This document shows positions 46,016 through 54,788 of a DNA stretch of 64,000 bases, in pieces (the stretch's first letter is position 1; each line of letters starts with the position of its first letter). The DNA lies in contig JAHZJK010000024.1 in the NCBI GenBank assembly GCA_022600955.1, positions 122,003 through 186,002 on the forward strand. Direction: 5' to 3'. The notes below the pieces were generated by a model. That model searched no databases and was not told where the DNA came from. It saw only the letters and a program-made list of their open reading frames with translations. The stretch is from Gammaproteobacteria bacterium (GTDB lineage: Bacteria > Pseudomonadota > Gammaproteobacteria > Steroidobacterales > Woeseiaceae). The position numbers were made by a program, and so were the translations under genes.

Positions 46016-48058
46016 CTGACAGACAGCTCAATAACAGCGTTTCGCGTCGGAGAATGGCTCGTCGAGGCCGAGTTGAACCGCTTGTCGATGCCAGGCAAAT
46101 CGGTCCAGCTTGAGCCGAAGTCAATGGATGTTCTTGTCTATCTGTCCAGGCGACCCGGTACCGTGGTTAGTGCTGACGAAATCATTGATTCCGTCTGGGG
46201 CGGGCGCCCCATGGGCGATAATCCGGTGTATAAGTCGGTAGCAAAACTACGCCGGGCACTGGGCGACGATGCGAACAGCCCGACCTATATCGCCACAGTA
46301 GCTAAGAAAGGCTATCGGCTCGTCGCCGACGTGGTGGACGAAACGCCCGCTGGCCGGGACACAACTCGCGCCAGGTCGGAAGTGAGCCTGGTGCGCAGAT
46401 TCTTGCCTGTAGTGGTTGGAATCTTGCTAGGCATCACTGTTGCAGCTGCATTGTTCTGGCGCCCCGATGCACCCCCGCTGGAACTCCAGTCGGTGTCCGG
46501 CTTCAGGGGCTCCCACGGTCAGCCGAGCTTCGCGCCAGATGGCCGCAGTATCGCGTTTATCAATACTATCGACGGTGCCGCGCATGTCTGGGTGCTCGGA
46601 TCGGATCAGTCGGCACCGCGACAACTAACCAGCGGGGAATTCAATGCATCTCGCCCGCGGTGGTCTCCGGATGGCCTGTCGATTCTGTTTACGCGGCAAG
46701 GAAGTATTTGGTCAATCCCGGTAGATGGCGACGAAGCCGAAGAAATAATTCGTGACGGGAGCAATCCGAATTGGTCACATGACGGAAAGCGTATCGTCTT
46801 CGAACGACACTACGAGGTATGGGTTGCGAGCTCGGATGGTGGGCAACAATCCCGTGTCACAGGTGTGCCGCGAAAGGAGCTTCCACTCGCGCCGCGCTGG
46901 CCCGCGTTTTCACCGGACGGCACGGAGATCGTTTTCCTCGACGCCGATTCAACGCCGTTTGCGGACTTGTGGCGCATTTCGCTCGCGGGTGGTGAACCGA
47001 TACAGGTCACGTTCGACCCGCGCATATCCAGTGCACCCGTCTGGAGTCCGGATGGCAAATCAATCATATATTCGTCGCAGCGCGCTGGAAGTCGGACACT
47101 CTGGCAGGTTTCTATAGACAGCGGGACCGCTCGCCCGCTATTGACGGGAAGTGGCGATGACAACTTTCCGGACATTAGCTCGAACGGAAAAAAGCTCGTG
47201 TACTCGAATCGCCGCGAGCGATTCGCTATTGTCCGAAGTCATCTGGCTAGCGGGCGACACACGGTGCTGCACGAGTCGAGGCAGCTGCTGATTGGGCCTG
47301 AATTGTCACCTGACAGGAACATGATTGCGTTTTTCGGACTCACATCCGATGGCGCCGTTCAATTGTTCAAGATGCCGGTGTCTGGCGGCTCTCCATTGCA
47401 GCTCACTTTTGACACGCAGGCAACACATGCCATCCCTCGCTGGTCGGCTGACGGAAAATATCTCTATTTTTACTACACGAAGAACGGTGCGTCGTTTAGC
47501 AGAGTGGAGTCAGGAGGCGGCGAAGTCGAAACAATTATTCCGGGTTGGGACTGGAGTGTGACTAACGGCGCCAGTGTGTCGCCGGACAATACACAGGCAG
47601 TCTATTCACGACTCACGGGTCAGGCACCAGTGCAAACGCTTGTTCGACAGTTTTCGAGCGGGGAAGACCAGTCCTTTTATGCGACGCTCGAATATCCGAG
47701 GTGGTCACAGGATGGGCTGAGCATACTGGGTGCGCGGCACACCGATCAACGCTTCCCAGGTGATATCGCGATCTGCCCTGTCGCGGGTACGCGCTGCAGC
47801 ATATTGGCTCGCGACGCGCGTGTTCCCATGTGGTCAGCGGACGAGTCTCAAGTGTATTTCGTAAGAGGATTCGGTGATTCTCAGGAACTCTTCGTCGTGC
47901 CCAGAAACGGTGACGGTGCCGAAACAAAGCTAATGGACATGGCGCCCCTGATGTCGCTCGGACCGTTCTACGATGTCACATCGGACGGCGACGTTATTTG
48001 GGTGCGCTACAAGGAAGAACCCAGCGAAATCTGGTTGACGGAGCTGGCCGGACCGTAG
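46016..48058 (+). CDS. CadC/ToxR-like membrane one-component regulator: wHTH (Trans_reg_C), TM, periplasmic TolB/PD40 beta-propeller
   Basis: wHTH FRVGEWLVEAELNRL...LEPKSMDVLVYLSRRPGTVVSADEIIDSVW...VAKKGYRLV. TM VVVGILLGITVAAALFW. PD40-like repeats RWSPDGLS, AFSPDGTE, VWSPDGKS, RWSADGKY. Start proposed at CTG 46016 behind AGGAG 46005-46009 (the track start TTG 46073 would truncate the domain). Confidence 0.8.
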   Translation: MTDSSITAFRVGEWLVEAELNRLSMPGKSVQLEPKSMDVLVYLSRRPGTVVSADEIIDSVWGGRPMGDNPVYKSVAKLRRALGDDANSPTYIATVAKKGYRLVADVVDETPAGRDTTRARSEVSLVRRFLPVVVGILLGITVAAALFWRPDAPPLELQSVSGFRGSHGQPSFAPDGRSIAFINTIDGAAHVWVLGSDQSAPRQLTSGEFNASRPRWSPDGLSILFTRQGSIWSIPVDGDEAEEIIRDGSNPNWSHDGKRIVFERHYEVWVASSDGGQQSRVTGVPRKELPLAPRWPAFSPDGTEIVFLDADSTPFADLWRISLAGGEPIQVTFDPRISSAPVWSPDGKSIIYSSQRAGSRTLWQVSIDSGTARPLLTGSGDDNFPDISSNGKKLVYSNRRERFAIVRSHLASGRHTVLHESRQLLIGPELSPDRNMIAFFGLTSDGAVQLFKMPVSGGSPLQLTFDTQATHAIPRWSADGKYLYFYYTKNGASFSRVESGGGEVETIIPGWDWSVTNGASVSPDNTQAVYSRLTGQAPVQTLVRQFSSGEDQSFYATLEYPRWSQDGLSILGARHTDQRFPGDIAICPVAGTRCSILARDARVPMWSADESQVYFVRGFGDSQELFVVPRNGDGAETKLMDMAPLMSLGPFYDVTSDGDVIWVRYKEEPSEIWLTELAGP

Positions 48059-48092
48059 CGAGCTGACCCTGCTTGCTTTGAGCGTCTCGTGA

Positions 48093-49499
48093 CTAAAAGC
48101 CTGCAACACCACTCGGGTACGCCACCGCGTCGCCTTCTGTGTGGCCGTGTTCCTCAACGTGGCGGATCGCGTCCTCCATGATCTGCAAGCCTTCGCGAAG
48201 CACGGATTCCTGCATATTTAGTGCGGGATACAGGCGAATCGTGTCCTCGCAATCAGAGATTGCCCAGACGCCGTTTTCAAGCATCTTTCCGCGCACGGCG
48301 CGTGCCGTCCACCAGTCTTTCTCATTGGCATCCGCAGATTCCGGCTTACCAAAGCTCACACCCAGCAACAAACCGTTGCCACGGGCCTGGCGCACAATGC
48401 TGTATTTCTCCCACTCGCGCATGATTCCAGCCGCTATGTTGCCCAGCCTCTTGGCGTGCGCCACGATGTTGTCCCGTTCGAAAATCTGCAGCGTTTTTAT
48501 CGCTGCGGCACATCCGGCTGGCATCCCGGCAAACGTTGAGCCGGACTCGAATTCTGTATTGTCACCCATGATGTCGTCGCGCGACGAGATTCCGCACAGC
48601 GGCGCAACGCCGCCAGACAGGTTCTTGCCGTACACGAGAATGTCCGGCACGACACCATAGTGCTCGATACCCCACATCTGACCGGTACGACCCAGTCCGG
48701 TCAGCACTTCGTCTGCAATCATGAGCCAGTCATTCTTGTCACAGATATCACGAATGCCGCGAAGGAAACGCGTCGACGGAATCCAGTTGCCGCCTTCGGC
48801 GAGCCCCGGCTCAACCAGCACGCAGGCGATATTGTCACGTCCCGCAATACAGGAAGGAATGTGGTTGTCGAGGTACCAAAGGCAGTACTCAGAGTACTGC
48901 TCCTCACTCATACCGGCCGGAATTCGTTCGCTGTACGGATAGGGCGCTTTGATCACGCCACCACCCCAGCCTTCGAGGTAGGTACCGTAATCTCCATTAA
49001 TACCACTCATGACTTTCGTGCCAAGGCTCATGCCATGGTAGGACGACCCGAACGTAATGATGTAGCGACGTTTCGTGTGTGTAAGCGCCAGGTGCACAGC
49101 CGCTTCAGCTGCCTCGGTCCCGGACACCTCGTAGTTCGTTCGTGGCAACGCCTTGTCGGGCATGATTTCGGCCAGCATTTCGGCCAGGTCGTAGCGCAGA
49201 GGGTGGTCATAGTGAAAGCCAAAGCGCCGATTGGCGGCTTCGACAACCTCGAGGATTTCAGGATGGCAATTGCCCAGTGGATTGGTTGCCCAGCCGTTCT
49301 GGAAATCAATATAGCGCTTACCGTCCAGGTCCCAGACGAAATCACCTTCCGCCTTGTCGATGACAATCTGCCGCACCGATCGAAAACCACGCCGCCCCGC
49401 TCGTTGCAGTTCCGCGTCGAATCTCAAACCGTTTTTGAAAAGCGGAATACCCCGTTCAAGTGCTGCGCGGGTCTTCTTGCCAGGAAAACTGTCATCCAT
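48093..49499 (-). CDS. Class III PLP-dependent aminotransferase
   Basis: LMIADEVLTGLGRTGQMWG and SSYHGMSLGT motifs. Start MDDSFPGKK at 49499 (the track ORF is extended to 49583). Confidence 0.9.
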   Translation of the reverse strand: MDDSFPGKKTRAALERGIPLFKNGLRFDAELQRAGRRGFRSVRQIVIDKAEGDFVWDLDGKRYIDFQNGWATNPLGNCHPEILEVVEAANRRFGFHYDHPLRYDLAEMLAEIMPDKALPRTNYEVSGTEAAEAAVHLALTHTKRRYIITFGSSYHGMSLGTKVMSGINGDYGTYLEGWGGGVIKAPYPYSERIPAGMSEEQYSEYCLWYLDNHIPSCIAGRDNIACVLVEPGLAEGGNWIPSTRFLRGIRDICDKNDWLMIADEVLTGLGRTGQMWGIEHYGVVPDILVYGKNLSGGVAPLCGISSRDDIMGDNTEFESGSTFAGMPAGCAAAIKTLQIFERDNIVAHAKRLGNIAAGIMREWEKYSIVRQARGNGLLLGVSFGKPESADANEKDWWTARAVRGKMLENGVWAISDCEDTIRLYPALNMQESVLREGLQIMEDAIRHVEEHGHTEGDAVAYPSGVAGF

Positions 49500-49574
49500 A
49501 CTGTGCAATCCCGAAGATTCTGTACATACAGTTTGGCACAATACAGTCTGAGAATAGAGCCAATACCAATATAT

Positions 49575-49612
49575 GGACCGCACCGTGATGCAATTTGCGT
49601 GACACGCGGTCC
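49575..49612. promoter_or_regulatory. 38-nt imperfect palindrome between divergent aminotransferase and amidohydrolase genes; candidate operator
   Basis: The outer arms GGACCGC (49575-49581) and GCGGTCC (49606-49612) are perfect. The inner part GTGATGCAA-t-TTGCGTGAC is partly symmetric. Confidence 0.35.
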
Positions 49613-49643
49613 GGGTCAGATAGAAACAGCAGTCGGAGTCCGT

Positions 49644-51086
49644 ATGCTTACTCGTATCGTAGCCGTCGTCTCGATCATTCTGGTTTCGCTCGCGCCGCGA
49701 CTAGCGCTAGCGCAATGGGTCGAAACTTTGGAGGGGCAGCTGCTGGTTCGCGGTGGCTGGCTGTTCGACAGTGTCAGTGATGAGCGTCGTCCGAACACGG
49801 GAATTGTCATAAAGGACGGCAAGATCGTGAAGGTTGATGCCGGTCTCCAGGACAGTGTCATCAGCGAGGTCAATGTCGTCGACCTCGATGATTCCGACAC
49901 GATACTGCCGGGCATGGTCGACTTGCACGCGCACTACAACCTGGATTTGGTCGGCAATGGTCGCGTGGAAGAAGTCGTCAACAACGGCCTGTTGTTCCTG
50001 GCGAATGGCGTTACGTCAACGTGGTCCGCTGGCGAGTACTATCCGGAACGCGTAATCGAACAACGTGATCGCATTGATGCTGGCGAGTCCATCGGTCCAC
50101 GCCTGTTTGCGTCAGGTCCGTACTTCGGCGCGTTTCGCTGCGAGTACAACATCGGCCTGGCGTCGGACGACTGCATCGGTTGGCCCAACGACATCACCGA
50201 AAAAGAAATTCGTGATGAAGTGGATGCCTGGGCAGAGCAGGGCGTCGTCAGTCTCAAGATCAAACAGGCGACACCGGGCGAGATGAAGATAATCATCGAG
50301 CAAGCCCACAAGCACGGCATGACAACAGCAGCACATCTTGCGAACTACGATTGGGAATACGACGTCGAATTGCGCGACGCGATTCTCATGGGTCTCGATC
50401 GCGTTGAGCATCAGCTCACGCTCGGCAGCGGTGGGCCTGAAAGTGCCGAGATGCCGCAGATGATCGACCTGATGCTGGCACATGAGGTTTACTACGACGC
50501 CAATTTACAGATGTACGGTGGTATCAATGAACGCCGCAAACACGCGGCGGAGATGTTGTGGACTGATGAGTCCAGGTTCTTCACTCCATATGCACAGAAG
50601 CTGCTTGAAGAGCGTGGTGAGCCCGCGCCCGAGTCTGACGAAGCGGAGTTCACACAGCGTGTGCTGGAGTTGAAGTCCTTATACGATGCCGGCGGTGCGC
50701 ACCTGATGATCATTGGTACGGACGAGCCCGTCTACACCAATCTGCTACCTGGCTTTGCCTATCACCGCGAGCTACTTGCGATGACCTATGCAGGCATACC
50801 GCAACCGGCTGTACTGAAAGCAGCCACTATCAACGGTGCCACGGCGCTGGGCATAGACGATCAACTTGGTTCGATTGAGGCGGGCAAGCTGGCAGACCTC
50901 GTCGTCGTACAGGGCAATCCACTCGACGACATCAAGGCCGCTCGAAACGTCAGGCTGGTGATCAAGGACGGCGTCGCGTACGACCCGGCCGAACTCCTGC
51001 GATCTGCCGAGGGCAAAATTGGTCCTGCAGATGCGAATGATCATGCAAATTGGGAACTCGAGCTTCGACCGCTACGCAATGAGTAG
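49644..51086 (+). CDS. Secreted amidohydrolase-family (metal-dependent hydrolase) protein
   Basis: GGAG 49635-49638, then ATG 49644. Signal peptide IVAVVSIILVSLAPRLALA. Metal motif MVDLHAHYN. The upstream 984 nt of track ORF 48660..51086 is antisense to the aminotransferase gene. Confidence 0.85.
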   Translation: MLTRIVAVVSIILVSLAPRLALAQWVETLEGQLLVRGGWLFDSVSDERRPNTGIVIKDGKIVKVDAGLQDSVISEVNVVDLDDSDTILPGMVDLHAHYNLDLVGNGRVEEVVNNGLLFLANGVTSTWSAGEYYPERVIEQRDRIDAGESIGPRLFASGPYFGAFRCEYNIGLASDDCIGWPNDITEKEIRDEVDAWAEQGVVSLKIKQATPGEMKIIIEQAHKHGMTTAAHLANYDWEYDVELRDAILMGLDRVEHQLTLGSGGPESAEMPQMIDLMLAHEVYYDANLQMYGGINERRKHAAEMLWTDESRFFTPYAQKLLEERGEPAPESDEAEFTQRVLELKSLYDAGGAHLMIIGTDEPVYTNLLPGFAYHRELLAMTYAGIPQPAVLKAATINGATALGIDDQLGSIEAGKLADLVVVQGNPLDDIKAARNVRLVIKDGVAYDPAELLRSAEGKIGPADANDHANWELELRPLRNE

Positions 51087-51136
51087 ACGCTCGCCGAAAT
51101 GACCGTTTCAGCTTCCTGATGGCTGCCAGGCCTTTC

Positions 51137-52087
51137 TTACTTGGCGCGATTGCCAATCGGCAATCGCAGCATCCCGGTAGCCAGAGCCGTGCCGAGCAAA
51201 ATGACGGTGCAGCCGATCAACATCGGTGTCGTAATGGCTTCATCGATCACAATGGCACCAAGGACCATCGCCGTAATTGGTATCAGGTAGGTTACAGTCA
51301 CGGCATTGGTTGGCCCTACATTCGCAATCAGTCGAAAGTACAAGATGTAGGCCAGTCCGGTACTTAAAACACCCATCATCACGACGGCCACCCAGGCGTC
51401 CATTGATGGAGGGTTCTCGGGCCAGGCGGCGATCGCTACCGGCAACAACAGCAGCGCCGCTGCGACCTGGGTGCCCGCGGCAACAGTCATCGAAGAAATA
51501 TGAGAGGCTTTCTTACGCGCGAAATTTCCACCGATCCCATACAGCAATGACGCGCCAAGCGCGGCGGTGACGGCGAGACCGGCGCCGCTTCCCGGAGTAC
51601 TGAGTTTGTCGCCAACCAGCAGGTAAACGCCAACAACGCCGACCATCAAACCGGCGGTGCGGCTGGCGCTCAGTTTTTCGCCGAGCCACAAACGAGCAAC
51701 GATGGCGGCAAAAATTGGAGCGGTCGAATTCAGGATTCCGGCCGTTCCCGCGGTTAGAAATAGTGCCGCGTACGCGAACAGCAAAAATGGCAGTGCCGTA
51801 TTGTGTGCACCGAGTATCGCCAGCATTGACCAGTTCGCGGTGACCTCTTTCATATTGCCGCGCATCACGACAATGGGCATTAACACGGCAGCGGCAATCG
51901 CGACACGAACTTCCACAAGCGCGAATGCACCGAATTCAGGCGCTGCAATTCGCATGAACAGGAACGAGGCGCCCCAGAGGAAGCCAAGCATTACCAAATC
52001 AATATAGTCGCGTGTTTTCAAGATTCGAGCACCATCCTTGTCGAGCGGCAATACTAATCTATTCGTGCCGGTAAATTTGCTATTCAA
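51137..52087 (-). CDS. DMT-superfamily (EamA-like) transporter
   Basis: About 10 hydrophobic helices in two EamA-like halves. Overlaps the upstream DMT gene by 8 nt. Confidence 0.85.
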   Translation of the reverse strand: MNSKFTGTNRLVLPLDKDGARILKTRDYIDLVMLGFLWGASFLFMRIAAPEFGAFALVEVRVAIAAAVLMPIVVMRGNMKEVTANWSMLAILGAHNTALPFLLFAYAALFLTAGTAGILNSTAPIFAAIVARLWLGEKLSASRTAGLMVGVVGVYLLVGDKLSTPGSGAGLAVTAALGASLLYGIGGNFARKKASHISSMTVAAGTQVAAALLLLPVAIAAWPENPPSMDAWVAVVMMGVLSTGLAYILYFRLIANVGPTNAVTVTYLIPITAMVLGAIVIDEAITTPMLIGCTVILLGTALATGMLRLPIGNRAK

Positions 52088-53015
52088 CTTCCGCCGCGTA
52101 CGCGCTTCGTCTTGCCGGTTCCTTCGACTTGCTTACGTCTTTCCGTGACTTCAGCACGAGCACGTTGCCCGTCAGGACCAGTAAGGTACCTGCAATTGTT
52201 GTCGGCACAATCTCGAGTCCTTCAAACAACGCGGACAAGAGCAGCGCGACAACCGGGAACATGACCATCGCGTATCCCGCTTTGTGTGCTCCTATTCGAC
52301 CCAGCAAAGTCAGGTAAGCTCCGAACGCGACGATCGAACCGAACACGGTCAGGTAAGCCAGTGAAGTGACATACGAAACAGACCACTCAAACGTGAACTC
52401 GCGACCGTTGGCAACTGCCACTGCGCCCATGAACAAGGCACCGTAGAACATGCCCCATGCGTTTGATTGCACGACAGGAATATCAGCCTTTTGAATGCTC
52501 TGTGAAACCATGTTGCCAAACGAAGCCGACAGGGCGGCGACAAACGCCAGGCAAGAGCCATAGAACACTGCGTCGTCAAACGACAGCTCGCTTATCTGGG
52601 GGGCGAACAGCAGATACATGCCGATCACGCCCAGCAGTGCACCTGCGAGAACTTTGCGGCCGGCCTTTACGCCAAAAAAGATTCGCGAGTTGATGATGTT
52701 CAGCCAGACCATTGACGAAAACATTATCGCCGCAAGCGCTGACGTTATATAGATCTGCGAGTAGTACGTCAGGATGTAGTTGAGCCCGAACAGCAACAGG
52801 CCCAGCAACATGAACGACGCATGGTGCCGCGCTGCAAAACGCAGCGGCAAGCCGCGAGACCAGCTCCAGCAGAACAGCAAACAAGCAGCGGCCGCGTAGC
52901 GGTAGACGACAGACACTTCTGGTGCGACCGCGCCGAGCTGAAACTCGATAGCGAAAAACGTCGAGCCCCAGATTAGTACGGTTAGCACGTACAAGGTCGG
53001 GTTGTTCATTCGCAT
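52080..53015 (-). CDS. DMT-superfamily (EamA-like) transporter
   Basis: About 10 hydrophobic helices. N-terminus YVLTVLIWGSTFFAIE is typical of EamA/RhaT-like carriers. Confidence 0.85.
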   Translation of the reverse strand: MRMNNPTLYVLTVLIWGSTFFAIEFQLGAVAPEVSVVYRYAAAACLLFCWSWSRGLPLRFAARHHASFMLLGLLLFGLNYILTYYSQIYITSALAAIMFSSMVWLNIINSRIFFGVKAGRKVLAGALLGVIGMYLLFAPQISELSFDDAVFYGSCLAFVAALSASFGNMVSQSIQKADIPVVQSNAWGMFYGALFMGAVAVANGREFTFEWSVSYVTSLAYLTVFGSIVAFGAYLTLLGRIGAHKAGYAMVMFPVVALLLSALFEGLEIVPTTIAGTLLVLTGNVLVLKSRKDVSKSKEPARRSAYAAEVE

Positions 53016-53297
53016 CGACGTCGATCCACAGCGTCGAGCGAGTCTTCAAGCATCTCTGCACTCAGGTTCCGATATCGATGCAGTCGCATTGATGGCGCGG
53101 CGATTTGATCGAGCAGGCGTCTTACCATGGAGCGGTGACTGACAGGCACGTTGAAGCGCGCAGTGCGGAATTGTCGTTTGTCTTGCTGGCATGTGTGCAT
53201 GTCGGTCTCCTTTGGTCATATCGAGCTGAAGATTGACTCTACGGAATCGCTGGTGATATAACAGATACAGTTTTTCAAAAATACGACCTATACAGAT

Positions 53298-54749
53298 ATG
53301 CTGAACATCAACAAGCAAAGCGATACGTTCTTGTACCAGCAAGTAGTTGATTTAATTGCTGAAAATATCAAAACAGGTACACTTTCACCGGGCGACCGAT
53401 TGCCGTCACTGCGAAAAATGAGCAATTCCGCTGGTGTCAGTATTCCGACTGTCCGCCAGGCCTACATTGAGCTCGAACGGCAGCGGCGGGTCGAATCACG
53501 GCCACAGTCCGGCTACTACGTTCGCCATCGCGCCGCGAATCCAATCGTGCGTCCCGCCCGCCCGCTGAGTGTCGATCCCGAACCGCTGCGCTGTCGATCA
53601 CTGATGGAACGGGTTTACGATGGCATCAACAATCCGGACCTGGTGCCGCTCGGTATCGCCAATCCTTCCATGGCAAAGCCGGCAGCCAAGACACTTCATC
53701 GCACAATGAAGCGAGTCATGGCGAGGGCGGAGGATCGCAGTATCGGCTATGCGTCAACATTGGGTGAGGCAGGGCTGCGACGGCAAATCGCCTATCATTA
53801 TCTCGACACTATCGGTGTGAATGTCGAGCCCGATGAAATCTGTATCACCAACGGTGGCCAGGAGGCACTGCTACTGGCACTGTCTGCTGTCGCATCCCGC
53901 GGTGACATCGTCGCTGTCGAAACACCGACTTACCACGGCCTGCTCGAACTAATCGATAGTCTTGGCATGCTGGCCGTCGAAGTAGAGACCTGCCCGGAAG
54001 ACGGCGTTACATTGTCGGCGCTGGAACAAACGCTGCAAAAGCACGCAGTAAAGGCCTGCATGTTCTCGACAACGCTGGGTAATCCGCTTGGTGTTACGTT
54101 GCCGCCTGATGATCGCGTGAAACTCGTGAAGATGCTTGAAAAATACGATGTCGCTATGGTGGAAGACGATGTCTATGGTGACTTGTTGTTCGACGGTACG
54201 CGACCAGTTCCTGCGCAGTTTCTCGGCAGCAAAGCCCGCATACTGACGTGCGGATCATTTTCGAAGACCGCGAGTCCCGGCTATCGCATCGGATGGATTG
54301 TGTCGCAGAAGGACACGGATGAGGTCGCCCGACTCAAACGCGCTTTCTCGTGTTCCTCAGGATTGTTGCAACAAATGACGCTCTCGGAATTTATGGCATC
54401 CGGTGACTACAGTCGACACGTGAAGTCGCTGCGGCCGGTACTGAAACAAAATTCGGAACGCATGCTGGCGGTCGTTGCCGAACACTTTCCGAAATCCACA
54501 AGAACATCAAAGCCTGTTGGCGGATCAGTCTTGTGGCTGGAGCTGCCGAAGAATGTCGATGCTGAACAGCTTTTCGACGACGCAATAAAAGCGGGCATCA
54601 GCATCGCGCCTGGACATATTTTCTCACCATGCGCCTGCTATCGAAATTTTGTTCGTCTGAGCTACGGCCATCCATGGACGGATAAGACCGAACAGGCAAT
54701 CAAGTGGCTGGGGCAGCATGTGCAACGCTTGTCGACGCTTACGTCGTAA
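53298..54749 (+). CDS. MocR/PdxR-type regulator (GntR wHTH fused to aminotransferase-like domain)
   Basis: LPSLRKMSNSAGVSIPTVRQAYIELE wHTH. PLP-Lys motif CGSFSKTASPGYRIGW. Divergent from the DMT pair. Confidence 0.9.
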   Translation: MLNINKQSDTFLYQQVVDLIAENIKTGTLSPGDRLPSLRKMSNSAGVSIPTVRQAYIELERQRRVESRPQSGYYVRHRAANPIVRPARPLSVDPEPLRCRSLMERVYDGINNPDLVPLGIANPSMAKPAAKTLHRTMKRVMARAEDRSIGYASTLGEAGLRRQIAYHYLDTIGVNVEPDEICITNGGQEALLLALSAVASRGDIVAVETPTYHGLLELIDSLGMLAVEVETCPEDGVTLSALEQTLQKHAVKACMFSTTLGNPLGVTLPPDDRVKLVKMLEKYDVAMVEDDVYGDLLFDGTRPVPAQFLGSKARILTCGSFSKTASPGYRIGWIVSQKDTDEVARLKRAFSCSSGLLQQMTLSEFMASGDYSRHVKSLRPVLKQNSERMLAVVAEHFPKSTRTSKPVGGSVLWLELPKNVDAEQLFDDAIKAGISIAPGHIFSPCACYRNFVRLSYGHPWTDKTEQAIKWLGQHVQRLSTLTS

Positions 54750-54788
54750 CCCACGACGCGCACAAAACTCTTGGCAGGTACTGCGTGC

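Noticed and set aside
49534-49550. TGGCAC hexamer in the aminotransferase/amidohydrolase intergenic region.
   Set aside because: There is no GC dinucleotide at the required +12 position (it reads TC), so this is not a sigma-54 promoter.
48660-49643. N-terminal 328 codons of the 808-aa track ORF 48660..51086.
   Set aside because: This part is antisense to the class III aminotransferase and has no motifs. The real amidohydrolase begins at ATG 49644, with an RBS and a signal peptide.
53261-53298. Direct repeats ACAGATA (53261 and 53292) and ATACAG (53265 and 53290) upstream of the MocR-type regulator, considered as its binding sites.
   Set aside because: These are AT-rich 6-7-mers that could recur by chance. 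Their spacing is ambiguous (25 or 31 nt), one copy overlaps the start codon, and there is no independent support.
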